From NCBI GenBank assembly GCA_029862885.1, contig JAOTWM010000002.1:1-45143 (forward strand): a stretch of 45,143 nucleotides of DNA, given 5' to 3'. The translations under genes were made by a program, and so were the position numbers. This DNA comes from Gammaproteobacteria bacterium. Lineage in GTDB: Bacteria; Pseudomonadota; Gammaproteobacteria; Arenicellales; JAOTWM01. Below, piece after piece: positions 1 to 9,379 of this stretch. A model generated the notes under the pieces. The model did no database searches. It was not told where the DNA came from and saw only the letters and a list, made by a program, of their open reading frames with translations. Position 1 is the stretch's first letter, and each line of letters opens with the position of its first letter.

Positions 1-33
1 TTTCGGCGCGCTGCGTTCGCTCACTGGATTCTG

Positions 34-477
34 TTGAAGCTCTTTCTCCATCATATCGATGTACTCAACCAGGACTACTGTTCGGGGTGGTGTTTTCATC
101 GCGTGTTCAGGCGCCGCCCGGTATCCCTGTCATTTCTCCTCGGAGACCGGCTGCTGGGCACCACGACGGCGGATCGATACCGGGAGGACCTGTACCAGCC
201 GGATCTTCACCCGAGTGGAATGTGCGGGTTCGAGTTTCCGTTTCCTGCCCGTATTGCCATCGACAATAAACAGCCAGTCTCCATCCGCGGGAACGGCGGG
301 GCCAATCCGTTTATCACGCTGCCGGCGGAACGAATACAACAGCTTGTCGAAACCGGCGGCAAGAAAGTGTTTTTTATGCATATCCCCAAGGCGGCGGGCA
401 CAACCTTCAATAACTACGTGCCCCGGTTCTTCGGGTATCGCAGGGCGGCTTCGATTTCCGGCTTTACGGCAAGATAG
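34..477 (+). pseudogene. Truncated sulfotransferase family 2 protein with an N-terminal accessory domain
   Basis: FFMHIPKAAGTTF is a 5'-PAPS-binding motif. The N-terminal SGW...ADRYREDL...GMCGFEF segment resembles domains on glycan-modifying enzymes. Similarity ends near 440, where the antisense of hsdM begins. Confidence 0.65.
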
Positions 478-620
478 CGGCTGTAAGCATGCCGCAGGAA
501 AATGAATCCCATCACCGGCAGAAGATATTCGTTACTCGCGTAGTTGCTGTTCGAACGCAGGGTGTCTGCGCTGCTCCACAGGCGCTTTTCAATGGATTCG
601 ATATTGTCAAACTGCGTCAT
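414..620 (-). pseudogene. hsdM: Type I restriction-modification methyltransferase subunit M, N-terminal fragment only
   Basis: IEKRLWSSADTLRSNSNYASNEYLLPVMGFIFLRHA is a typical HsdM N-terminus. The ORF is only 68 aa and is cut after EIEAAL. Confidence 0.8.
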
Positions 621-775
621 CGTTTTGCGTGTTGTCCTCTCTTATTTGGTCTTACTCCGACTTGTGCCAGGTACGCAATCAACTCGTCAGGTGTTGGCTT
701 CGGCTAGTTACATGATTTCGATCGTTTTTTAATGGTCGCTGGTTGAGACTTAATGCGAGCCGATTATCGCGATGT

Positions 776-1615
776 TCAATTCAAGTTCGAGTGAAAACCT
801 TCATAAAAACTTGCAAGTAGCTTGAGACTACGATCAACCAGAGTTCCTGTCTCGCCAATAAGTTTTAGACCACCATCCGGGTTGATTTCGCCTTCGAGTA
901 TGCTTTCCACGACTTTAACAACCCGGTCTGGTTGTTCGCTGTGATTCGAGATACAACTCCTAGCATCGTGACCCGTAAGCCAAGCCCCGGCCGACTCATA
1001 GTCGAAGTCATCTGAGTTCAATAAATGCGCGGCGTCAGTGTAGAGTCGTTTCGTGTTTTCGCCATTGAGATAGCTTCTTAGAATGAGAAAAAGATCAGCG
1101 GCATCCTTTCCAGGACTTCTTGTGTGGCGGTCTGCCCAAGCAAGCACCTTTAATAAGGCGAGCATGGGTATCGAGACAGTTGCCAGTGTTTTCTCTTGCG
1201 GAAGGAGCAGTTCTACCGCAGATGCTCGCGCCTCGTGGTAGCCCAAGACGCTCATTACGCTGTCGTCAGGCCACATGATGCTTCCATCTGCACGCTCAAC
1301 ACCATCAAACGGTATGAGGTCGACGGGCATGCCATCGCTATGAATTAGCCGGTGACTTGCAGGTTGACCCGGACTGAAATCGTCAGATGCGAGTAAAGCA
1401 TCACGGACTGAATTGAACTCACCCCAGTTAGCCACTGCGAACGCGAAGTCGACATCTTCGGTAGCGCGCGATACAGGTACCCCAAAGCCATAGTGAAGTA
1501 ATAAGTCTCTGGCCATGGCCCCTACTACGAATGGTTCATGAGCGGGGGCTGCTCTCCGGAAGTCGGTGATCAATTCTCCCAGCCAGGTCAACTCTTTTTT
1601 ATTGGACAAATCCAT
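776..1615 (-). CDS. AbiEii/AbiGii-family nucleotidyltransferase toxin (type IV TA)
   Basis: VVGAMARDL...RATEDVDFA nucleotidyltransferase motif, VDLIPF, LLKVLAW..R and KDAADL motifs. Overlaps the end of the upstream antitoxin gene. Confidence 0.85.
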   Translation of the reverse strand: MDLSNKKELTWLGELITDFRRAAPAHEPFVVGAMARDLLLHYGFGVPVSRATEDVDFAFAVANWGEFNSVRDALLASDDFSPGQPASHRLIHSDGMPVDLIPFDGVERADGSIMWPDDSVMSVLGYHEARASAVELLLPQEKTLATVSIPMLALLKVLAWADRHTRSPGKDAADLFLILRSYLNGENTKRLYTDAAHLLNSDDFDYESAGAWLTGHDARSCISNHSEQPDRVVKVVESILEGEINPDGGLKLIGETGTLVDRSLKLLASFYEGFHSNLN

Positions 1616-2615
1616 CCGCAATCTTTTGGTAGATTAATTCTGCGGTCTCTAAACACCGTGCGTCGCCAATAAAAAGGAGATCTGCGTAGATTAAGGGCAA
1701 CGGAGCGATATTTTTGTCATCGATCTCGAATTTCCAAAATCGTTTGAGTATTTCGACAGGTCCCCCTGGATCCTGCCGCAGTTTGTAGTCGAGCAATAAT
1801 CGTGGCTCAGCTTTCTCGCCGTACAATGTGACAGTCTCTGGTCGCAAATATTTAGTCACTCGTTCGGCTGCCGGCTCCCCGCCCAAGAGTACTTGATACT
1901 TGTGAGGCTGGAGCTTCGTCCACCACTGTTGCTTGTCGGTACGATACCGACCAATAGCCAGTTTTGGTCGCAAAGTCCGTGCGTATGCCTCGGCCCATTG
2001 CTTTAACAGCAATTCTGGCTGTAGTAGGCGACGCCTACCCGCGACGTCGGCGACATACCCGAGCCTTGGTAGTTCGGCCATGACCCAGCCGACGGTGCCG
2101 TGTGCGACGCCTGCAAGCGTCGCGATTTCTCGGTAGGGCTGGCCGACCCAGTCGGGATGGCATAGCAATGCAAACAAGACCTTTAAACCGCTTGCCTGAA
2201 ATGCACGTCCCGTGCCTTCCTTTGCAGTGGGTTTTTCACGGGGCCTTTCCCCCTTTACCCATAAGAACAATGGTGGCTGGTTCACGAAAGCATTACCAGC
2301 TGTGTCTAGAAAGGCCACGCCGCGCTCTCTTAATGCCTCGGCGAGGGGGGGTGTCACGTAGTCGGCGATCAGTAGTGGAGGTTTTCCAGTTCCCTCAAGT
2401 TGATGGAGGGTCGCCCCCAGCGTCGCCGGCCGAAGCCCTTTTTTTACCTCGGCAACATAGGTGCGCGCCTGGCGCCCTTGGCCGATGCGGACGAGTGCAT
2501 CGATGTGCCGGCCGTCTAGTACGGGCTCGAGCTGCGCAATTTCGATCTCGATACCGAGCCGTCGCACACGGGCCAGAGCGTTCTCCAATAGGTTGTGTTC
2601 GGTACGGTTGTCCAT
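1599..2615 (-). CDS. Type IV toxin-antitoxin AbiEi-family antitoxin
   Basis: AEVKK, FLDTAGNA, HTH-like PYREIATLAGVAHGTV, GGEPAA and PLIYADLL...DARCLETA motifs. Directly upstream of the toxin. ATG 2615 is preferred because the promoter/operator lies just above it. Confidence 0.85.
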   Translation of the reverse strand: MDNRTEHNLLENALARVRRLGIEIEIAQLEPVLDGRHIDALVRIGQGRQARTYVAEVKKGLRPATLGATLHQLEGTGKPPLLIADYVTPPLAEALRERGVAFLDTAGNAFVNQPPLFLWVKGERPREKPTAKEGTGRAFQASGLKVLFALLCHPDWVGQPYREIATLAGVAHGTVGWVMAELPRLGYVADVAGRRRLLQPELLLKQWAEAYARTLRPKLAIGRYRTDKQQWWTKLQPHKYQVLLGGEPAAERVTKYLRPETVTLYGEKAEPRLLLDYKLRQDPGGPVEILKRFWKFEIDDKNIAPLPLIYADLLFIGDARCLETAELIYQKIADGFVQ

Positions 2616-2664
2616 AAAAAGCGATTGTCCACGTAACGTGGACATAAGTCAATAGTGGACAATC
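2609..2664 (-). promoter_or_regulatory. TA operon promoter with overlapping inverted-repeat operator array
   Basis: Perfect palindrome TGTCCACGT-A-ACGTGGACA (2626-2644) and a 10-bp IR GATTGTCCAC (2623-2632)/GTGGACAATC (2655-2664). Minus strand carries TTGACT-17bp-GACAAT. Confidence 0.7.
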
Positions 2665-2905
2665 ACGCTGAGGGTCCCGAGCTGTCCGCATTCCTTTAAC
2701 GCTGGTCCGGACCGAGTAATCGATCACGAAGAATGTAGAAAGCCACTCAAGCAATGTGGAAAATACTTGATAATTCTCCCTTATGGCGCGAGAAGGTCAA
2801 AATCCACCCAGTTTCACCGCGGAAGTAGACTCAAGTCGGTATCTGCAACTCACCGCTTCTGCTTTTACCCGCAGGTTGCCTCGTGCTCCCATGTGTTGAT
2901 CGGAA

Positions 2906-3676
2906 ATGGTATTGTTTGATTACTACATAGGCATTGACTATTCGGGCGCCGAAACACCGACGAGTCGACTCAAGGGCTTGAAGCTTTGCATGGCGAATCG
3001 TAACTTGGAACCCGCAATCGTTACGACACCGACCCTAGGTGCTAAGAACTGGACCCGAAAGGAGATCGCGCAGTGGTGCGCGGAGAAGCTGGCTGACGAT
3101 GAACGAGGAATCATCGGGATCGATCACGGATTCTCGTTTCCCGTCACTTACATGCAGCGTTATGGGCTGGAGAACTGGGACCAGTTCCTGGGAGATTTTC
3201 TAACGCACTGGCCGACAGCGGATGACCACACCTATGTGGATTTCCTAATCGAGGACAATCAAAGAATCGGGGATTCGAGCGAGTTTCGTCTATGTGAAAA
3301 GTGGACATCGTCTACAAAAAGCGTCTTCCAACTGGATGGTCAGGGCACCGTTGGTAAGTCGACCCACGCAGGGATTCCGTGGCTTCTCTATCTACGCGAG
3401 GATCCGCGTCTTCGGGACAAACTCCACTTTTGGCCGTTCGATGGATTCGAGATACACACGGATAAGTCAGTGATAGCGGAGGTATATCCGTCGATCTTCC
3501 GCCGGCGATATCCTCGCGAGGATAGAACACTTGATGAACATGATGCGTGGTGTATTGCTGCGTGGATGAAGTCGATGGATTCGAGTGGGGCTCTGGCAAG
3601 ATACTTTAAGCCGCCGCTGACATTGGCAGAGCGTCGTCAATGTCGACTTGAGGGTTGGATCCTGGGCGTGTGGTAA
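2906..3676 (+). CDS. Hypothetical protein, DUF429-like predicted RNase H-fold nuclease
   Basis: YIGIDYSGA, IGIDHGFSFP, AEVYPS and DEHDAW acidic motifs in the order seen in DUF429-like proteins. Confidence 0.55.
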   Translation: MVLFDYYIGIDYSGAETPTSRLKGLKLCMANRNLEPAIVTTPTLGAKNWTRKEIAQWCAEKLADDERGIIGIDHGFSFPVTYMQRYGLENWDQFLGDFLTHWPTADDHTYVDFLIEDNQRIGDSSEFRLCEKWTSSTKSVFQLDGQGTVGKSTHAGIPWLLYLREDPRLRDKLHFWPFDGFEIHTDKSVIAEVYPSIFRRRYPREDRTLDEHDAWCIAAWMKSMDSSGALARYFKPPLTLAERRQCRLEGWILGVW

Positions 3677-3714
3677 GCGCGTCACTACACCGCGCCAGCG
3701 GGTAGTAACGCGCT
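3676..3714 (+). terminator. Long imperfect hairpin immediately after the stop codon
   Basis: AGCGCGTcACTAC-a-CCGC-gcca-GCGG-GTAGTaACGCGCT. No U-tract follows. Confidence 0.35.
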
Positions 3715-3948
3715 GGGAAACGTAAGTCTGGCGCGGCTCTGGAGAGCAAAAACGAAAGTGCCGACTAAGTGACGATTTAGGGCTTATCAGGGAATACGCA
3801 GCGGAAATAAAATAGCCACCATCTGGCGAAAGTCGGATCGACAGATTTCCATCACGCCGCTCGTTCGTGGCTCCTCTGGGGCAAATCGAGTAAGACGTCA
3901 TGCTGATTGTAGGGCGTCCTCTGGCGTAAGCCAACCGGATCTTTCCAT

Positions 3949-4608
3949 TTGGGATTAAGGGCCGGACCCGAGCCGTTCAGGAAGGCGATTCGATGGGGCA
4001 TGGTAACGGTAAATCCGTGCACAGGCATCGAACGATTCCATGAAAAACCGCGAGAACGATACGTTGAGGATTGGGAATTCCAAGCATTTCGAGAATTCGT
4101 ACTGGCGACATCTCTTACACCCGGCCGTCATATTAGACACACCGGTCCATTGATCGCCGCCTATTTGGACTTCAAACTACTAACGGATCTTAGAAAAGGC
4201 GATATATTGTCGATCAAGTCGGAACACCTCAAAGACGACGGTATTCACGTCCATATATCGAAAACGAAGAAAGATATCATCATCGAATGGACGGACGCGC
4301 TAAGGAAGTCTGTTCATACTATTCGGTCTTTACCTCGACCGAGAAAAGTTACTGGTTTGTACCTCTTTTGTACACGTGAAGGGCGTCCGTACACGGTGAC
4401 AGGGTTCAGCTCCATTTGGCAGAGAAAGATGAAGGCCGCTATTGAACAAGGGGTTATCAGGGAGCGCTTTACTGATCACGACTTGCGCGCCAAGTCAGCA
4501 AGTGATACTGACATCGAACACGCTACGCGTTTGCTCGCACACTTAGATCGAAAGACGACGCAGCAACATTACCGTCGTAAGGCGGAGAAAGTACGGCCGC
4601 TGAGATAG
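3949..4608 (+). pseudogene. Tyrosine recombinase/phage integrase, catalytic domain only (N-terminally truncated)
   Basis: Catalytic residues R (LRKGD), K (SKTKK), HDLR, H (LAH) and Y (QHYRR) are present. Recognisable sequence starts at KAIRWG...NPC, the end of the core-binding domain. Ends about 70 bp from the tRNA 3' end. Confidence 0.75.
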
Positions 4609-4675
4609 TTTTTTTGGAAAGAAGCCCGAATATTGGAAAGACGAACAAGCGAAAGCGTCGTAAGTTATTGTTTTT

Positions 4676-4751
4676 TGGTGGCCAGGGACAGAATCGAACT
4701 GCCGACACGGGGATTTTCAGTCCCCTGCTCTACCGACTGAGCTACCTGGCC
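4676..4751 (-). tRNA. tRNA-Phe(GAA)
   Basis: Reverse complement is GGCCAGGTAGCTCAGTCGGTAGAGCAGGGGACTGAAAATCCCCGTGTCGGCAGTTCGATTCTGTCCCTGGCCACCA: 76 nt, cloverleaf, GAA anticodon, encoded CCA. Confidence 0.98.
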
Positions 4752-4762
4752 ATATGTGAGAC

Positions 4763-4803
4763 GGGAGCGCGGCATTAGAAATCAGAGCGCCAGCGCGAGT
4801 CAA
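4763..4803 (-). promoter_or_regulatory. Sigma70 stable-RNA promoter for tRNA-Phe
   Basis: Minus strand TTGACT-18bp-TCTAAT followed by a GC-rich discriminator GCCGCGCTCC. Confidence 0.55.
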
Positions 4804-4823
4804 GCCGAACCGACCCCGTGCCC

Positions 4824-5102
4824 TCAGTTGCTATCGGACTTCGGCACGTAACCCTCGGGCTGGTCAACATCACCGCCGAACAAGTATTTTTCCATCTGCT
4901 CGGTCAGGTAGGCTTTGTGTTCGGGATCCCGGACGCTCAGATGTTTCTCGTTGATGAGCATCGTCTGATGGGCGAGCCATTCGCTCCAGGCCTGTTTCGA
5001 GACGCTATCGAAGATGCGCTGACCGCGCTCGCCGGGCAATGGCGGGAAATCGAGGCCCTCGGCGTCGATACCAAGTTTGGCGCAATGTACCTGGCGAGTC
5101 AT
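4824..5102 (-). CDS. yggX: Fe(2+)-trafficking / oxidative damage protection protein
   Basis: [10 protein letters not shown]...[18 protein letters not shown]...EGYVP. Downstream of mutY with a 4-bp overlap. Confidence 0.95.
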   Translation of the reverse strand: MTRQVHCAKLGIDAEGLDFPPLPGERGQRIFDSVSKQAWSEWLAHQTMLINEKHLSVRDPEHKAYLTEQMEKYLFGGDVDQPEGYVPKSDSN

Positions 5103-6154
5103 GAAGCGGTCCTCAGTGTTTCGATCAGGCGTTTTACGGGCGCGGCCAGACCGCGGCCGCCCGGGGAGTCGGGGTTATACCAAACCCGTTCGGGAGACTC
5201 CATAAGCGCCGGCAGTTCACCCCGTTTGCGCGCGGGCACCGGTGTGATGTCGAGATGGTAATGGCTGAAGCTGTGCCGGAGCGGCGGCCACGGCGGCTCG
5301 ACGTCAACAACGAGCGCCAGGCGATGTTCGCACCATGTTGCGATGTCGGCATCGACCGCGCACTCGGGCAGGCTCCAGAGTCCGCCCCAGATACCGCGGT
5401 CCGGGCGTTTCTCGAGCAAAACGCGGTCCGTCGTGTCCTGGATCATTAACATCGCGACCGATTTCTCGGGCTTTGTCCTCCGCGGCCGGGGTACGGGATA
5501 GTCGGCCGTCACCCCGTCACGGTGCGCGGCACACGAGGCCGCGACCGGACATTCGATGCATTGCGGTGTGCGCTTACAGACCGTCGCACCCAAATCCATG
5601 ATGGCTTGCGTGTAGTCGGCGATGCGTTCGGCCGGAGTATGGCGGTCCGCCCATTCCCAGAGTTGCGCTTCGGTGGCACGCGTCCCCAGATGGCCGTCGA
5701 TGCGGTGATAGCGCGCGAGCACACGCTTCACATTGCCGTCCAGGATCGGCTCGCGCTGATCGTATGCGAATGCGAGTATCGCCGCGGCGGTGGAGCGGCC
5801 GATTCCAGGTAATGCACACAACCCCTCGAGATCGTCGGGCAGGCGCCCATTATTGCGTTCACACACCTGTTGGGCGGCGCGGTGCAAATGACGCGCCCGG
5901 GAGTAATAACCAAGTCCCGTCCAGTGGTGTAACACCGAGTCTTGCCCGGCGCGCGCCAGTGCTTGAATATCTGGAAACGCCGAGACGAAACGCAGAAAAT
6001 ACGGGATGACGGTCGCGACTTGGGTTTGCTGTAACATGATCTCGGACACCCAGACCCGATACGGATCGCGCGAGCGGTGCCAGGGCAGGTCTTTGCGGGC
6101 GTGTCGGCTATACCAAGCCAGTACCGATGCAGTAAAAGGCGTACCGGGAGACAT
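5099..6154 (-). CDS. mutY: A/G-specific adenine glycosylase
   Basis: [23 protein letters not shown], Hh[18 protein letters not shown], 4Fe-4S cysteines and a C-terminal NUDIX-like domain. Start placed at ATG 6154. Confidence 0.96.
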   Translation of the reverse strand: MSPGTPFTASVLAWYSRHARKDLPWHRSRDPYRVWVSEIMLQQTQVATVIPYFLRFVSAFPDIQALARAGQDSVLHHWTGLGYYSRARHLHRAAQQVCERNNGRLPDDLEGLCALPGIGRSTAAAILAFAYDQREPILDGNVKRVLARYHRIDGHLGTRATEAQLWEWADRHTPAERIADYTQAIMDLGATVCKRTPQCIECPVAASCAAHRDGVTADYPVPRPRRTKPEKSVAMLMIQDTTDRVLLEKRPDRGIWGGLWSLPECAVDADIATWCEHRLALVVDVEPPWPPLRHSFSHYHLDITPVPARKRGELPALMESPERVWYNPDSPGGRGLAAPVKRLIETLRTAS

Positions 6155-6289
6155 CGCACGGTTGTACCGGAAACTGAGCACCGCGGTCCAGTACGCTGAA
6201 CCATTTAGCCAGCTCTGACACTCTATTCGGACGAGGATTTCTCTATGTGTATAGCCCGTTTCCAAGCGCTACCTCTCAATGTTGTCCGT

Positions 6290-7252
6290 ATGACGACGTT
6301 GCTGATAGTGCTGGCCGCGCTGAATGGCTGCGCGGGATTGCCCACTGCCACCCCACCCGGTACGGTTTATATACCCACCGAGGACGGGATGTTTGGCCGC
6401 TTCGCGCCGTTGTTTGTGCACGAAAACGACGCGCATGCTTATAACCGAATCGGACGACCTGCAGCACGCTACGACGAAAGGGGAGAGGTCAGCGTCTACG
6501 TCGATCCGCTACGGCCCGCTATCTTTACCGAGCGTCGCGAATTCGAGAGCAGCAACGGCACGAGTTACACGAACTTTATATATCGGGTGCACTTTGAGAG
6601 CGTGCCGGTGCGTTTCCGACCGTTCCACATCAGCGCTGGGCGCAATGTCGGATTGTTGGTGGTAGTGACCGTAAACGAAAAACAAGAACCGGTGCTGTAC
6701 ACGACAGTTCATACCTGCGGGTGCTATACGGCTTTCGTTCCGACCGGATTTTTGCCAGCCAGCGCTAGACCGGCGAATTGGGAGGAGCGCAACCAAGAGC
6801 TATGGGGCGAGCAATTACCCGCCGTGATTACGATCGCGCGACCCGACGACGGCGAACAACGTCCGCTGATCACACTGCGTGCGGGCTCGCACCGCGTGAA
6901 AGACATAGGCGTTACCACGCTGCCGCTCGCGCGATCGGAATTTCGCGCGGTAGCAGCACCGCTCACACCGGTCACCGATCTCAAGTACTTAGCGCTCGAC
7001 AACGGCACGACGGTGTCGTTCTTCGATACCGAGGGCGCGCGGGCGGGCTATGTACGCGGCACCTTCAAGCCGTTTGAGTTGTTACTGGTAAGTTGGTGGG
7101 CGCTCGACGTGCGCGCCGGTGTCGATAAAGATTACGGCAGGCCCGGTGACGACGGTCCGCGCTTCTATACGAGCTTCAGACCCTGGAAGCGCAACAGCTC
7201 CGACATGCGGGATTTCGCGGGTTTCCTCGATTACTGGGGTTGGCGTTTGTAG
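6290..7252 (+). CDS. Hypothetical lipoprotein
   Basis: MTTLLIVLAALNGC lipobox-like signal, long ORF, HTCGCY motif. Confidence 0.7.
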   Translation: MTTLLIVLAALNGCAGLPTATPPGTVYIPTEDGMFGRFAPLFVHENDAHAYNRIGRPAARYDERGEVSVYVDPLRPAIFTERREFESSNGTSYTNFIYRVHFESVPVRFRPFHISAGRNVGLLVVVTVNEKQEPVLYTTVHTCGCYTAFVPTGFLPASARPANWEERNQELWGEQLPAVITIARPDDGEQRPLITLRAGSHRVKDIGVTTLPLARSEFRAVAAPLTPVTDLKYLALDNGTTVSFFDTEGARAGYVRGTFKPFELLLVSWWALDVRAGVDKDYGRPGDDGPRFYTSFRPWKRNSSDMRDFAGFLDYWGWRL

Positions 7253-7389
7253 GTTGTCGTTGTTTTCGCGGTCCCGGTGCGCGGCGGCAGGCGTTCTCCC
7301 CGGGCAATTAAGCGGCGGCTTTTACTCCCCTCAGCACTCATCCATAATGCGCGCACACGATTCGACTGCATCGGAAAACCGTACGACGA

Positions 7390-9375
7390 ATGAGTAGCAT
7401 GGCCTCAAGCGGCAACAATTCGTATTGCAGTATTCTGTGCACCGCGCTGGTCATGCTGGCGATGCTGACGACACCCGATGCGCAGGGCGAGGAAGATGTC
7501 GTTATCAGCCACGCAATCGCGATGCACGGCGACCCCAAGTATCCGGCTGACTTTCCCCATTTCGACTACGTGAATCCGAATGCGCCCAAGGGCGGCACGC
7601 TGCGAATCGCGGCGCAAGGGACTTTCGACAGCTTTCACCCGTTCATCCCCAAAGGCAACGCCGCCAACACGGGTTCGGTTGAGACATTGCTGACTTCGAG
7701 CGCCGATGAGCCATTCACCGAATACGGACTGATTGCCGAGTCGCTCGAATACCCCGCCGACCGTTCGTGGGTCATCTTTAATTTACGCCCGGAGGCGCGC
7801 TGGCATGATGGGGAACCGATCACGACCGACGATGTGGTGTGGTCGTTTGAAACCCTCGTGGCGAAAGGCTCGCCCGCTTATCGCTTTTATTACGGCAGCG
7901 TCGCGGGGGCGGAAAAACTCGGGCCGCGCAGGGTGAGATTCACATTTAACGAAAAGGGCAACCGGGAGCTGCCGCTTATTGTCGGGCAACTATCGATTCT
8001 TCCCAAACACTTTTGGGAGGGACGCGACTTCGAAAAAACAACGCTGGAACCGCCACTTGGCAGTGGGCCGTATCATGTCTCCGAATACGAGGCCGGTCGA
8101 TATTACATACAAGAACGTGTAGAGGATTACTGGGGCAAGGACTTGGCAGTAAACATCGGTCTTCATAACTTCGACCGCATTCGCGTCGATTATTATCGCG
8201 ACGACACAGCGATACGGCTGGCGCTCAAATCCGGAGACATCGACTATCGCGAAGAGAATCAATCCAAAGCGTGGGCTGTGGATTACGATGTCCCGGTGGT
8301 GAACAAGGGCTGGCTCAATAAGGAGTTGATACGCCACCGGCTGCCGACCGGCATGCAGGCTTTCGTCATGAATACAAGACGCGACGTATTCAGCGACATC
8401 AAGGTGCGGGAAGCATTGGCCTACGCGTTCGATTTTGAATGGACCAATAAGAATTTATTTTTCGGTCAATATACCCGCACGGAAAGCTATTTCTCCAATT
8501 CCGAACTGGCATCCCGAGAGTTACCGCAAGGAGAGGAGTTAGAGATTCTTGATCGCTACCGGGACCGACTCCCGGAACGCGTATTCAGCGAGACCTATCG
8601 TGCGCCGTCCACCGACGGCAGCGGTTGGCCCAGGGCAAACCTGCGCAAGGCATTTGCAGTTTTACGAGAAGCAGGTTGGGTTGTCCGGGAGCAAAAGCTC
8701 GTCAACGAGAAAACCGGTCAACAGATGCGGTTTGAGATACTGCTGGTGAGTCCGGCGTTCGAACGGATTGTGTTGCCGATGACGCGTAATCTGCAGCGTC
8801 TCGGCATCGACGCGCGTGTGCGGCTTGTCGATCAGACTCAATATATAAACCGGTTGCGCAGTTTCGATTTCGATATGTTTATTTTCACCTGGGGCCAGTC
8901 CGACTCTCCAGGAAACGAACAACGCAACTACTGGAGCAGCGCTGCCGCAGACAACCCGAGCAGCCGCAATTTCGCGGGAATTCGGGATCCCGTGGTGGAC
9001 GAATTGATCGAATTGGTGATTACCGCACCGACCCGGGAGAGCCTCGTGGCGCGCACTCGCGCCCTCGACCGCGTGCTGCTAGCGGGCTTTTACGTGATCC
9101 CGAACTGGCACATTCGGGCCGACCGCGTTTTGCATTGGGACAAGTTTTCGCGGCCTGCGATGGCGACAAAGAATGGCGTTATGACCAGCCGCTGGTGGTA
9201 CGACGACGTTAAGGCGCAGGCTTTGATCCAGGCGATGGACAAAGACGAATCGCTGACAGCGAATACGAGTGATGCGACGCGCCCCGGCGTCGGCGTTACG
9301 CTGGCCGCTGTGATCGGCGTCTTGGCACTTGGCTATATGGTATTTCGACGCGCCATGCGGCCACGGGGGGCGTAA
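7390..9375 (+). CDS. yejA: Peptide/microcin C ABC transporter substrate-binding protein
   Basis: HAIAMHGDPKYPADFPHFDYVNPNAPKGG, YGLIAES, AFDFEWTNKNLFFGQY, SPGNEQRNYWSS. First gene of yejABEF. Confidence 0.93.
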   Translation: MSSMASSGNNSYCSILCTALVMLAMLTTPDAQGEEDVVISHAIAMHGDPKYPADFPHFDYVNPNAPKGGTLRIAAQGTFDSFHPFIPKGNAANTGSVETLLTSSADEPFTEYGLIAESLEYPADRSWVIFNLRPEARWHDGEPITTDDVVWSFETLVAKGSPAYRFYYGSVAGAEKLGPRRVRFTFNEKGNRELPLIVGQLSILPKHFWEGRDFEKTTLEPPLGSGPYHVSEYEAGRYYIQERVEDYWGKDLAVNIGLHNFDRIRVDYYRDDTAIRLALKSGDIDYREENQSKAWAVDYDVPVVNKGWLNKELIRHRLPTGMQAFVMNTRRDVFSDIKVREALAYAFDFEWTNKNLFFGQYTRTESYFSNSELASRELPQGEELEILDRYRDRLPERVFSETYRAPSTDGSGWPRANLRKAFAVLREAGWVVREQKLVNEKTGQQMRFEILLVSPAFERIVLPMTRNLQRLGIDARVRLVDQTQYINRLRSFDFDMFIFTWGQSDSPGNEQRNYWSSAAADNPSSRNFAGIRDPVVDELIELVITAPTRESLVARTRALDRVLLAGFYVIPNWHIRADRVLHWDKFSRPAMATKNGVMTSRWWYDDVKAQALIQAMDKDESLTANTSDATRPGVGVTLAAVIGVLALGYMVFRRAMRPRGA

Positions 9376-9379
9376 CCAG

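Larger units (their letters stand above)
414..4675. mobile_element. Remnant genomic/defence island integrated at the tRNA-Phe 3' end
   Basis: Integrase abuts the tRNA 3' end, with an IHF-like site at 4661-4673. Cargo is a type IV TA pair and an hsdM stub. No second att copy seen in the window. Confidence 0.65.

Noticed and set aside
3676-3714. Hairpin as an integron attC site
   Set aside because: Lacks RYYYAAC/GTTRRRY ends, and the nearby integrase is phage-type, not IntI.
6155-6265. N-terminal extension of MutY in the ORF track
   Set aside because: Homology starts at MSPGTPF. The extension covers the divergent promoter region.
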